Shown here in pieces: positions 18,188-30,825 of a DNA stretch of 64,000 nucleotides (the stretch's first letter is position 1; every line of letters begins with the position of its first letter). A program made the position numbers and the translations under genes. Location of the stretch: contig CACXVH010000005.1 of the NCBI GenBank assembly GCA_902771095.1, positions 8,085 to 72,084 of the forward strand, in the 5' to 3' direction. Below the pieces are notes generated by a model. That model searched no databases. It was not told where the DNA came from and saw only the letters and a program-made list of their open reading frames with translations. This DNA is from an uncultured Pseudomonadota bacterium (GTDB lineage: Bacteria > Pseudomonadota > Alphaproteobacteria > Rs-D84).

Positions 18188-18256
18188 TATTTTATTTCTC
18201 TTGCTTTATATTTTTTATGAATCTATAATCCTTTCAACGACGAAAGGAGAGTCACT

Positions 18257-19003
18257 ATGAAATTATCAGAAAAAATCAAAAATTTACCGTTGGTTTGGGT
18301 CATTATAATGGCTTTTGGTGTTGCGCTGGGGGGATTTTTTATTGGAAATGGGTTTTATAAATCTTTGGCAAAGCGCACTGTGACGGTAAAGGGTTTGGCG
18401 GAAATGGATGTCGTTGCAGACACTGCAATTTGGAACATCAAATTCAATCGTGTTGGTGGCGATTTGGTAAAGGTTCAAGCGGCAATCGATAACGATATTG
18501 AAAAGACACATAATTTCTTGCTGGATAACGGTTTTCACGAAGACGAATTACAGAATCTTCGTATAACTGTGCGTGATAAATATGCCGGATACAGCGATGC
18601 CCAGCGCCAGGGTCAAGATTCCAACGACAGATATGTTATTGAAACAGGTGTAATGGTTCGTTCGAACGAGGTTAACTTGGTTGATGGTGTGTCGCGCAAA
18701 ATGGGGGATTTGGTGCGTCAGGGTGTAACTGTTACCGAAGATTATGCTGGTCCAATATATGTGTTTAATGGATTAAACGATATCAAGATAAAAATGATAG
18801 AAATGGCAACGAAAAATGCGACTGCTGCGGGTGAACAGTTTGCCAAAGATGCAAATGCAAAATTGGGCAAGATTCAATCTGCGAACCAGGGGGTGTTTAG
18901 TATTTCTGCGCGCGACCAATCGGATGCGTGGTCTGATAATGAAAGACAATCAATAAATAAACGCGTTCGTGTTGTTACGACAATAACATTTTATCTGCGA
19001 TAG
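18257..19003 (+). CDS. SIMPL-domain (DUF541) periplasmic protein
   Basis: N-terminal anchor, then RTVTVKGLAEMDVVADTAIWNIKF... and a C-terminal ...VRVVTTITFYL, the pattern typical of SIMPL/26-kDa periplasmic proteins. Confidence 0.65.
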   Translation: MKLSEKIKNLPLVWVIIMAFGVALGGFFIGNGFYKSLAKRTVTVKGLAEMDVVADTAIWNIKFNRVGGDLVKVQAAIDNDIEKTHNFLLDNGFHEDELQNLRITVRDKYAGYSDAQRQGQDSNDRYVIETGVMVRSNEVNLVDGVSRKMGDLVRQGVTVTEDYAGPIYVFNGLNDIKIKMIEMATKNATAAGEQFAKDANAKLGKIQSANQGVFSISARDQSDAWSDNERQSINKRVRVVTTITFYLR

Positions 19004-19030
19004 TTTTTTATCGCGGACTGTCTTTTTTTT

Positions 19031-19133
19031 TCCCGTGGGGGAGGAAACCACGAAGTGGTGAGGGGGGTATACCCCCTTCGTCTCGCCCGCGCTTCGCTGA
19101 GGCGAGCCACTTCCCCACCGGGGCAGAATTGAT
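19031..19133. repeat. GC-rich hairpin-dense intergenic element (copy 1), related to 27921-27993
   Basis: The core gtgggggag-N-[accac GAA gtggt]-gaggggggta lies at 19035-19069, followed by further palindromes (ggggggtataccccc, ctcgcc...ggcgag). Confidence 0.6.
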
Positions 19134-19213
19134 AATAAGAAAAAAATAAAAAAAACACTTGCGGAAAAATTTTGAATTTGCTTCAATCAAAGAAAAAGGA
19201 AAGGGAAAAAGAT

Positions 19214-21073
<1,860 letters not shown>

Positions 21074-21099
21074 CAGAAAATAATTTTTCTTTAAATCTC

Positions 21100-23012
<1,913 letters not shown>

Positions 23013-23013
23013 A

Positions 23014-24774
23014 TTGCAAACAGAATTGGAAAACAAAAAAGAAAAAAAGAAAAAGCGCTCTTTTCGTGCGCGCCTTTTAATTTTGTTTATAAATTTATTG
23101 TTGATATGTGTGGCTTGTGTCGGGCTTTATGTTTTGTTTGTGTTTTTACAAATGCCGTCACTTGATTCTGTGCTGCATGAAACACGCGAACCTGCGATAA
23201 TCTTTCTGGACAAAGATGGTCGTGAAATCCGTGCGGACAGTCGTATAATGGGTGCGCCTGTTTCGGTTGATGGTTTGCCACCACATGTATGGCAGGCGAT
23301 TGTTGCAATCGAAGATAAAAATTTCTTTAAACACGGGGCAATATCATATCGTGGGACTTTCAGGGCGATTGTGATAAATTTATTTGATGGACGATTTGCC
23401 GCTGGTGGTTCTACAATAACCCAACAGACGGTAAAAAACATCTTTTTATCCAAGGATAAAAAGGTTTCGCGTAAAATCCAAGAATTGATATTATCAATGT
23501 GGCTGGAAAACAGATTCACGAAAAATCAGATTCTTGATTTGTATATGAACAGGATTTCTTTGGTTGGCGGAATGCGCGGTATTGATGCGGCGGCAACCAA
23601 CCTGTTTGGACATCCTGCGAATGAATTAACTTTGGCGGAATCTGCCCAGATTGCTGCGATGTTAAAGGCGCCAACTGTGTATAGTCCGCTGAAAAATCCA
23701 GACAAAAATATAAGACGCGCAAAAATTATTTTAAATGAAATGGCGCGTCAGAAATATATCACTTTGGAACAGGCGCAAAACGCAATCAAAAATTTAAAAC
23801 CAGCAACCCAGACAGCAGATAAAAACCTGTATCGTTATTGGACAGATTTTGTCAAAGATGAAGTTGAATCTCGTCTTGGTGAAATAAATCAAGATTTGTA
23901 TGTGTATACCACACTTGATACAAATTTACAGAAACGAGTTGCCGCGTCTTTAACCAAGCATATTGGTGATTATCAGGGTGCCATAGTCGCTATTTCGCGC
24001 GATGGGGCAATGCGCGCAATGGTTGGTGGCGATAATTATCAGGTCAGTCAATTTAATCGTGCCACTGCGCTTCGTCAACCCGGTTCTGCGTTCAAACCGG
24101 TGGTTTATCTGGTTGCGTTGGAAAATGGCATGACCCCAGAATCTTATGTGAATGATTCCCCGTTTTCAATTGGTGATTACAATCCAAAGAATTATGACGA
24201 AAGATATTATGGCGGAATAACTTTGGCAACTGCCTTTGCGAAAAGTGTTAATTCTGTGCCATTAAAACTAACCAAAGAATACGGTATAGATACGGTTTTG
24301 AATATGGCGGCGCGTCTTGGGGTAGGGGCTAATTTAAAGCGAGAATATTCAACTGTTTTGGGTGCTTCGGAAATGAGTTTGGTTGATTTAACAACGATTT
24401 ATTCAGTGATTTGGAACGATGGGGAATCTGTGCATCCATATGCGATTACAAAAATCAAAGATGGGGCGGGAAATGTGTTGTATTCGCGTGACCCATCTGA
24501 AACGATAACTATATTGCAACCACAAACAGTCGAATATATGAAGCAGTTGTTATACGAAGTTGTCACCAAAGGCACAGGCAAACGCGCATACACAGAAGGT
24601 GTGTTTGGTGGAAAAACCGGTACCAGTAATGATAATCGCGATGCGTGGTTTATTGGCGCAACAAGTGATTATGTTATGGGTGTTTGGGTTGGAAATGATG
24701 ACAGTTCGCCAATGGATTCCAAAATCACAGGTGGCACATTACCCGCCACAATATTCCACGATGCTGTGGAATGA
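23014..24774 (+). CDS. bifunctional penicillin-binding protein, PBP1A family (glycosyltransferase plus transpeptidase)
   Basis: GT51 motifs AIVAIEDKNFFKHGA and GGSTITQQTVKN. Transpeptidase motifs SAFKP, SVN and KTGTS. TTG start with an N-terminal TM anchor. Confidence 0.85.
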   Translation: MQTELENKKEKKKKRSFRARLLILFINLLLICVACVGLYVLFVFLQMPSLDSVLHETREPAIIFLDKDGREIRADSRIMGAPVSVDGLPPHVWQAIVAIEDKNFFKHGAISYRGTFRAIVINLFDGRFAAGGSTITQQTVKNIFLSKDKKVSRKIQELILSMWLENRFTKNQILDLYMNRISLVGGMRGIDAAATNLFGHPANELTLAESAQIAAMLKAPTVYSPLKNPDKNIRRAKIILNEMARQKYITLEQAQNAIKNLKPATQTADKNLYRYWTDFVKDEVESRLGEINQDLYVYTTLDTNLQKRVAASLTKHIGDYQGAIVAISRDGAMRAMVGGDNYQVSQFNRATALRQPGSAFKPVVYLVALENGMTPESYVNDSPFSIGDYNPKNYDERYYGGITLATAFAKSVNSVPLKLTKEYGIDTVLNMAARLGVGANLKREYSTVLGASEMSLVDLTTIYSVIWNDGESVHPYAITKIKDGAGNVLYSRDPSETITILQPQTVEYMKQLLYEVVTKGTGKRAYTEGVFGGKTGTSNDNRDAWFIGATSDYVMGVWVGNDDSSPMDSKITGGTLPATIFHDAVE

Positions 24775-24838
24775 TAAAAATAATCAATTTGCTTTTTAAA
24801 TTCAATGGTGTTATGGTGTCCCTTGCAAGAGAAAATAA

Positions 24839-25873
24839 ATGTCAGCAAAAACAAAACGTTTTTTTAGGAAATTGATTAATTATGCAGGATTGGTTTTCTT
24901 TCTGGTTGCCGCAGGTATGCTTTATTGGCAACTTCGTAATTATTCTCTGATGGATATTGCGCGCGCGTTATGGAATATCCCGTTTACCAATTTGGTTTTT
25001 GCATGTATCGCATGTTTTTTTGGCTATATCGCATTGTCTTTATATGATTATCTGGCGCTTGACTATGTTGGGCGCAAAGTATCCTGGTGGAAATGGATGT
25101 TGGCTGGAATGTTGGGCTTTGCAATAAGTAATAATGCCGGTCATGCGGTGGTAAGTGGCGGCGCGATAAGATACCGTTTGTATACGCGTTGGCGCGTTCC
25201 TGGATCTGATATTATAAAGATGTTGACTTTTTCTGGCTTTACATTTTTTCTTGGCTATGCCGCGATAGTGGTCATAGGGTATTGTTTGGTGCCGTCTGAC
25301 ATGTTTGCGCAGAGTGCGGGGGCATCATTCGGTGTGAACGGATTGTTTATCGTATGTGCGTCTGTGTTGTTTGCATACTATGCGATTTCAATCGCGTTCA
25401 AAAATAAATGTATTCGTATTGGTGAGATAAAGTTTTCAATCCCATCATTTGGTTTGTCCATTGTTCAAACATTTTTGGGAATTATGGATGCGCTTTGTGC
25501 TGGGTTGGTTCTTTATTTCTGTATAAAGAACTATATAGATATGCCATTTGGCATATTTATCGGTCTTTATGTCATAGCGATGGTGGCTGGTGTATTCAGC
25601 CAGGTTCCTGGTGGAATAGGTGTTTTTGAAACAGTGTTTATGGTGGCTTTGCCAGACACTGTGGACAAGGCAAATATTTTTGGTGCATTATTGGCATACA
25701 GAATAATCTATTATGTGTTGCCATTGATTGGTGTGGGTGGACTGTTCTTCATTTATGAACGCAGTTTGCGCGCGCGTATGAAACGTTGGCTGGAAGAGGC
25801 AAAACAAAAAATTCCTCATATTCCAATGCCGCATAAAAAACACAAATCAGAAAAAATCGAAGTCCAAAAATAA
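24839..25873 (+). CDS. polytopic membrane protein, lysylphosphatidylglycerol-synthase TM-region (UPF0104/flippase-like) family
   Basis: About 8 TM helices. The N-terminus and overall layout are recalled as MprF-N/UPF0104-like. This is from memory. Confidence 0.55.
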   Translation: MSAKTKRFFRKLINYAGLVFFLVAAGMLYWQLRNYSLMDIARALWNIPFTNLVFACIACFFGYIALSLYDYLALDYVGRKVSWWKWMLAGMLGFAISNNAGHAVVSGGAIRYRLYTRWRVPGSDIIKMLTFSGFTFFLGYAAIVVIGYCLVPSDMFAQSAGASFGVNGLFIVCASVLFAYYAISIAFKNKCIRIGEIKFSIPSFGLSIVQTFLGIMDALCAGLVLYFCIKNYIDMPFGIFIGLYVIAMVAGVFSQVPGGIGVFETVFMVALPDTVDKANIFGALLAYRIIYYVLPLIGVGGLFFIYERSLRARMKRWLEEAKQKIPHIPMPHKKHKSEKIEVQK

Positions 25874-26079
25874 AAACACCTTGCCTTTGGAATCACCATC
25901 TGCTATTCTTTACGAAGTTGTAAAAAATGGGGTAAATAAAGTGTTTGTATTGTCACTTTTTACTGTAATCCGAGTCGCGCTGTTTATCATCGTTGCGTGC
26001 ATCCTTGGCATGGGCGTAGATGCCCCATGGGAACGGGTTAGGTCCATTTTATACACCCACAACACAAAAGGATTATTAA

Positions 26080-27879
26080 ATGTCAAAAAAGATATATGTG
26101 GATGGTGTTCATCCCGAAGAAACACGGGTGGTGGTGGTAGATTCATCTACGAATCGTGTGTCTGATTTTGATGTGGAAACAACTACTAAACCCCAGATAA
26201 AAGGTAATATTTATCTGGCCAAGGTTATAAGGGTTGAACCATCGTTACAGGCTGCTTTTGTAGATTATGGAACAGGCAAAAACGGATTTTTGCCGTTTTC
26301 AGAAATTCATCCTGATTATTACCAGGTTACACCCGAACAAAAGAAAAAATTATTGGAATTGGCGCATGCTAATATCGTTGACGATGACGATGACCCAGAT
26401 GATGAAGCAGACGAAGTTGCAGAATACGATGACAGCAATGCGGGCGAAGATAATAAAGAATTTCTTAAACGCGCACGCGAATTTAAAATTCAAGATGTTA
26501 TTAAGCCAAAGCAAATCTTGTTAATCCAAGGTGTCAAAGAAGAACGCGGTCAAAAGGGCGCATCAATGACAACATATTTGTCTTTGGCGGGTCGTTTTGC
26601 GGTTTTGATGCCTAATTCCAGAAAACGCAACAGTTATGGTATTTCGAAAAAAATATCAGACAAGGCAGAACGGGCGCGTTTGCGTGAAATTTTGCATGGT
26701 CTTAAAATACCAAAAGGTATGACGGTTGTGTTAAGAACTGCTGCTTCTGGGGCAACAGGTGAAGATATTACCAAAGATTATGATTATTTAACATCGCTTT
26801 GGAACGATATTCGCAAAACGACTTTGGAATCGGTTGCGCCTGTGATAATTCATGCCGAAGATTCTCTGCTTCGTCGTGTTGTTCGTGACTTTATTTCGGA
26901 CAAAGACGATGTTATGTATGTTCAGGGGGCAGAAGCATTTGAAGAAGCAAAAACTTATTTCCAACAAATGTATGGTCGCGCACCGCGCAAACAATTGATT
27001 CAATACAAAGATGCCGCTGTTCCGTTGATGACCAAGGTGGGCATTGAAAAACAATTGGAAGGTTTGCATGGACCATATGTGGTTTTGCCATCTGGCGGTT
27101 CTATTGTTATCAATCAAACCGAAGCGATGGTGACAATCGATGTTAACTCTTCCCGCGCGATTAAAGAAAAAGATATCGAACAAACTGCATTGAATACTAA
27201 TTTAGAGGCAGCCGAAGAAATTGCACTTCAATTAAGATTGCGTGATATGGCGGGCATTGTTGCGATTGACTTTATTGATATGGAAGAAGAAAAGAACAAT
27301 CGTAAACTGGAACAAAAAATGCGTGAGGTTATGAAGCATGACCGCGCACGAACTCAGGTTGCAAAAATCAATGCCTTTGGTGTTTTGATGTTGTCGCGCC
27401 AAAGATTGCGCAGCACGATTTTGGAATCTTCTTATGTCACATGTCCGCACTGTATGGGGGCGGGAATTGTGCCAAGTATTCAAACGGCTTCAATCATATT
27501 GTTCCGTCATTTACAGGAAAAATTGTTGGCCAAGGCGGCACAAAAAATCATTATGACTGTGCCGACAGATGTCGCGATTTACCTGCTTAATCAAAAACGC
27601 GCAGAATTGGCGGCGATGGAAAAAGAATTCCAAACAGAAATCGTTATTGTTGGCGATGACAGTTTGATGAACATCGACCAATATTCGATTCAACGTGTGG
27701 CGGCTGAAAATGTCAAAACAGACGATGTTTTGAATGCACATGAACCATCAACAGATGCGAAAAAGAAAAACGCACAGCATAATGAGGCGAAACGTGTTAC
27801 GACATCTGCACCACGCCACAGAAAACCGATTAAAAAACAACAAAAGAAAAAATCTTTGTGGAAAAAATTGGTTGGATAA
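26080..27879 (+). CDS. ribonuclease E/G family endoribonuclease
   Basis: S1 domain (GNIYLAKVIRVEPSLQAAFVDYG), catalytic core (VTIDVNS, DFIDM) and Zn-link CPHCMGAG. It also has an acidic insert and a basic tail. A 5' leader of about 200 nt lies upstream. Confidence 0.85.
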   Translation: MSKKIYVDGVHPEETRVVVVDSSTNRVSDFDVETTTKPQIKGNIYLAKVIRVEPSLQAAFVDYGTGKNGFLPFSEIHPDYYQVTPEQKKKLLELAHANIVDDDDDPDDEADEVAEYDDSNAGEDNKEFLKRAREFKIQDVIKPKQILLIQGVKEERGQKGASMTTYLSLAGRFAVLMPNSRKRNSYGISKKISDKAERARLREILHGLKIPKGMTVVLRTAASGATGEDITKDYDYLTSLWNDIRKTTLESVAPVIIHAEDSLLRRVVRDFISDKDDVMYVQGAEAFEEAKTYFQQMYGRAPRKQLIQYKDAAVPLMTKVGIEKQLEGLHGPYVVLPSGGSIVINQTEAMVTIDVNSSRAIKEKDIEQTALNTNLEAAEEIALQLRLRDMAGIVAIDFIDMEEEKNNRKLEQKMREVMKHDRARTQVAKINAFGVLMLSRQRLRSTILESSYVTCPHCMGAGIVPSIQTASIILFRHLQEKLLAKAAQKIIMTVPTDVAIYLLNQKRAELAAMEKEFQTEIVIVGDDSLMNIDQYSIQRVAAENVKTDDVLNAHEPSTDAKKKNAQHNEAKRVTTSAPRHRKPIKKQQKKKSLWKKLVG

Positions 27880-27884
27880 TATAA

Positions 27885-27907
27885 ACCGCCCAAATGGGCG
27901 GTTTTTT
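27885..27907 (+). terminator. rho-independent terminator after the RNase E/G gene
   Basis: ACCGCCC-AAAT-GGGCGGT followed by TTTTT. Confidence 0.7.
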
Positions 27908-27920
27908 GCGGTCTGGTTTC

Positions 27921-27993
27921 TTACCCCCCCGCTGAAGCACCATAATTAATTCTCCCCCTGTGGGGGAGTACCGACGAAGTCGGGGAGGGGGGT
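27921..27993. repeat. GC-rich hairpin-dense intergenic element (copy 2)
   Basis: The core gtgggggag-N-[ccgac GAA gtcgg]-ggaggggggta lies at 27960-27993. The outer taccccccc...gggggggta arms are complementary. Confidence 0.6.
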
Positions 27994-28110
27994 AAAAAAA
28001 CCACTTTTATTCACAAAAGAAATATGATATAATAAGTCCGAACGAAAGGGGAAAAAATTGACGAAAAAAGTGGTAAATTTTTTTGAATCGGCTGAAACCC
28101 GCAGAAACCT

Positions 28111-28137
28111 ACACACACACACACACACACACACACA
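28111..28137 (+). repeat. (AC)13A dinucleotide microsatellite upstream of, or in the 5' end of, the paralogous gene
   Basis: Counted directly. It is flanked by the same 20-mer (28091-28110) and by gtaatct (28139-28145). Confidence 0.95.
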
Positions 28138-28149
28138 GGTAATCTTTTA

Positions 28150-28908
28150 ATGGCGTTTTTGTCAACAATATTCATTGTATCTGGTGCGTTCGCCGACCCA
28201 GATATAGATACAGCGACCGCATCTTGTAGTGATGATGTTTTTAATTCAAACACAGGACCGGTCAATATAGAAGTAAACTGGGAACCGAACGAACTTGAGC
28301 TTCATTGGTATAACGGCGATGAAGAAATACAAAATGTTGCCGTTGCATCACAAAATTGTACATACGATAGCAGTTTAACCCCACCATCAACAATACCAAC
28401 AAAGACAGGATATACATTCAGGGGGTGGAAACCAAAATGTGTTCGTTCAAATCTGGCAGATTTGGATACAAGTATAAGTAGTAATGACTGGGCAGCAAAA
28501 AGACTTATTGATGGATGGTGTAATGTGTCAGGCAATGGTGATTGCACCACATATGGTTTAACCGAAAATGGTGAATGGGCTATAAATTTTAGCTATGGAA
28601 TGTTAAAAGGTATGGCAATATGCACTGCTAGGCCAAGTAATAATGCCAGTGAAACATATACCAATGCAAGTTCTAATTGGCGCGCCCCTGTAAGTGAATT
28701 GACAACCGCTGGTGTCGGTGATAATTGTTGGTGTCAGGCCCAAACATTTACACGTAGTAGTGATGGAAAAAAATGTGTTTTGAATATGGATCCAATATTT
28801 GTTAGAACTTTAACTGATAATTGTTTATCTGCCTGTAATAGACGTTGCGCAAATCTGATAGGAGATCCTACTACAGATAAAAAACGAATTGTTTTGTATG
28901 TACAATAA
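28150..28908 (+). CDS. secreted Cys-rich protein: 1 Listeria-Bacteroides repeat plus 1 CWC module
   Basis: MAFLSTIFIVSGAFA, then TGYTFRGWKP. The CWC triplet lies at 28726-28734, followed by CLSACNRRCANLI. The start shown is the first ATG after the frameshifted leader. Confidence 0.65.
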   Translation: MAFLSTIFIVSGAFADPDIDTATASCSDDVFNSNTGPVNIEVNWEPNELELHWYNGDEEIQNVAVASQNCTYDSSLTPPSTIPTKTGYTFRGWKPKCVRSNLADLDTSISSNDWAAKRLIDGWCNVSGNGDCTTYGLTENGEWAINFSYGMLKGMAICTARPSNNASETYTNASSNWRAPVSELTTAGVGDNCWCQAQTFTRSSDGKKCVLNMDPIFVRTLTDNCLSACNRRCANLIGDPTTDKKRIVLYVQ

Positions 28909-28910
28909 AT

Positions 28911-30056
28911 TTATGTGTTTTTTCCAGCGACGAAACCACTGGCGAATGCCCACTGTAAATTAAATCCGCCCAAATCGCCGGTTATATCGATTACTTCGCC
29001 CGCGAAAAATAATCCGGGACACAATTTTGATTCCATTGTTTTTGATGATATTTTATCTGTTGATATACCACCCATCATTACTTCGGCGCTTTGGAATCCA
29101 ATCGCGATGCCGTCATTTATTTCAAAATGATTGATAGTGTTTGCGATTTGCTTTAATTCGCTATCCCGTAAATCTGCGATATTTCTGGCGTCGTTACATA
29201 AAAAGTGTGCCAGTTTATTTGGTAAAATTGTTGTGATTACCCCAGCAACTGATTTCTTTCCGTTTTTTTGTTTTACAGATTTTAATAATTCAAAAACATC
29301 TATATCCGGTGCAAAATTTATAGTCATTTCTTTGGAATTCAAAAGTGTTGCCCGATAAACCGCTGGCCCGCCAATACCAAAGTGAGTAAATAATAAATCA
29401 TCAGCGATTTTGTTTTTATCAACTGTAATTTCAACAGGCAAAGAAATTCCCGCTAATTCCGTATTAAATTCATTTGTCTTGATTGCGCAAAGAGCAGGGC
29501 GAATTGGCTCAATTTTATGTCCGAATTTTTTTGCGATTTGTTGCCCGATGTCTGATACACCCAAATGCGGATATGAAACACCACCTGTTGCGACAATAAC
29601 CGAACCAGATGCAAAATCACCAGAGTTTGTTTTTATAATGAATTTATCGCCATCTTTATCAACACCGATAACATTGGTATTGTATTTTATGGTTGCGCCT
29701 TTTGCGTCTTGTAAAAGCGCATTAATAATTTCATTTGCGCCATTTTTACAAAAATATCGCCCAGGTTCTTTTTCAATGTATTTAATGTTGTGTTTTTTGA
29801 CCCAATCTAACATATCTTTTGGTGAAAACTGATTCAGCGCAGATATAACAAATCGCTGATTTTTACCAAAATAATGTGTATAATCTGCCCGCAGATTTGT
29901 AAAATTACAATTTCCGCCCCCAGAAATTGCAACCTTACGCGCGGGCGCATCGCCCATATCAAGTATGAGAACTGATTTTTTGCGCATTGTTAACTGCGCT
30001 GCCGCCATCAACCCCGCTGCCCCAGCACCAATAATAATTGTATCAAATGTTTTCAT
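28911..30056 (-). CDS. HI0933/YhiN-family FAD-dependent oxidoreductase
   Basis: FDTIIIGAGAAGLMAA dinucleotide-binding motif, ISGGGNCNFTN and a C-terminal GLFFAGEVIDITGDLGGFNLQWAFASG. Confidence 0.75.
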   Translation of the reverse strand: MKTFDTIIIGAGAAGLMAAAQLTMRKKSVLILDMGDAPARKVAISGGGNCNFTNLRADYTHYFGKNQRFVISALNQFSPKDMLDWVKKHNIKYIEKEPGRYFCKNGANEIINALLQDAKGATIKYNTNVIGVDKDGDKFIIKTNSGDFASGSVIVATGGVSYPHLGVSDIGQQIAKKFGHKIEPIRPALCAIKTNEFNTELAGISLPVEITVDKNKIADDLLFTHFGIGGPAVYRATLLNSKEMTINFAPDIDVFELLKSVKQKNGKKSVAGVITTILPNKLAHFLCNDARNIADLRDSELKQIANTINHFEINDGIAIGFQSAEVMMGGISTDKISSKTMESKLCPGLFFAGEVIDITGDLGGFNLQWAFASGFVAGKNT

Positions 30057-30137
30057 GAATATAATTTTATCGAACAAATAAAAAATATCAATAATTTTGC
30101 ATTTGTGGTATAATATTCAAAAGAAAAAGGAAAAATA

Positions 30138-30614
30138 ATGAATAAATATATGCAAATGGCGATAGAGTTATCAAAGAAAAATTTAAAAAGCAATCATGGT
30201 GGTCCTTTTGGTGCTGTGGTTGTAAAAAATGGAAAAGTGATTGGTCGTGCATCAAATGCTGTTTTGAAAAGTAAAGATCCTACTGCGCATGCTGAAATAA
30301 TGGCAATAAGGGATGCGTGTAAAAAAATTAAATCATATGATTTAAGTGGTTGCGAATTATATACATCTTGTTATCCATGTCCTATGTGTTTGGCGGCGAT
30401 TATATGGTCTAATATAAAAATGGTATATTATGGGAACACCAAAATAGACGCGGCAAATATTGGTTTTCGGGATGATTTTATATATGAATATTTTAAAACA
30501 TTATCAAACAGTAAGCAAAATACTAAGATATTAAAATTAAAACCATTAAACCACAAAGAGGCAAAACTGGTATTTGATGATTTCAAGAATCAAAAGAACA
30601 AAACAATATATTGA
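30138..30614 (+). CDS. guaD: CDA-fold nucleoside deaminase, closest in pattern to guanine deaminase GuaD
   Basis: GGPFGAVVVKNGKVI...DPTAHAEIMAIR...LYTSCYPCPMCLAAIIW...GFRDDFIYEY parallels B. subtilis GuaD as I recall it. Confidence 0.65.
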   Translation: MNKYMQMAIELSKKNLKSNHGGPFGAVVVKNGKVIGRASNAVLKSKDPTAHAEIMAIRDACKKIKSYDLSGCELYTSCYPCPMCLAAIIWSNIKMVYYGNTKIDAANIGFRDDFIYEYFKTLSNSKQNTKILKLKPLNHKEAKLVFDDFKNQKNKTIY

Positions 30615-30654
30615 TTAAAATAAAAAAGCCGCCCAAAGGACGGTTTTTTATAAG

Positions 30655-30731
30655 TGGTGGGTTAGGTAGGACTCGAACCCACGACCAAAGCGTTATGAGC
30701 GCTCCGCTCTAACCAACTGAGCTACTAACCC
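30655..30731 (-). tRNA. tRNA with CAT anticodon (elongator Met, or Ile2 if lysidine-modified), CCA encoded
   Basis: Reverse complement GGGTTAG-TA-GCTCAGTTGGTTAGAGC-G-GAGCG-CTCATAA-CGCTT-TGGTC-GTGGGTTCGAGTCCTAC-CTAACCC-A-CCA. It lacks initiator features. Confidence 0.85.
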
Positions 30732-30825
30732 ACAGCAGAGAATATTATATATTTTTTATTTTTACTTGCAAGTTAAAAATTATCATATCTTGCTTTTTAT
30801 ATTTAATTATGCGAACATAGCCACT

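Noticed and set aside
25881-26165. ORFs 25881-26165(+) and 25910-26146(-) in the gap before the RNase E/G gene.
   Set aside because: Neither has an RBS. The + strand ORF uses a non-ATG start and runs into the rne start region. The region is more plausibly a long structured 5' leader: it contains the hairpin ccatgggcgtagatgccccatgg, and long leaders are known for rne genes.
27946-28265. Minus-strand ORFs 27946-28134 and 28011-28265, which encode MCVCVCVC... and ...VCVCVCVCVG.
   Set aside because: They are translation artefacts of the (AC)13 tract and the GC-rich element on the opposite strand. They have no RBS and no sensible protein features.
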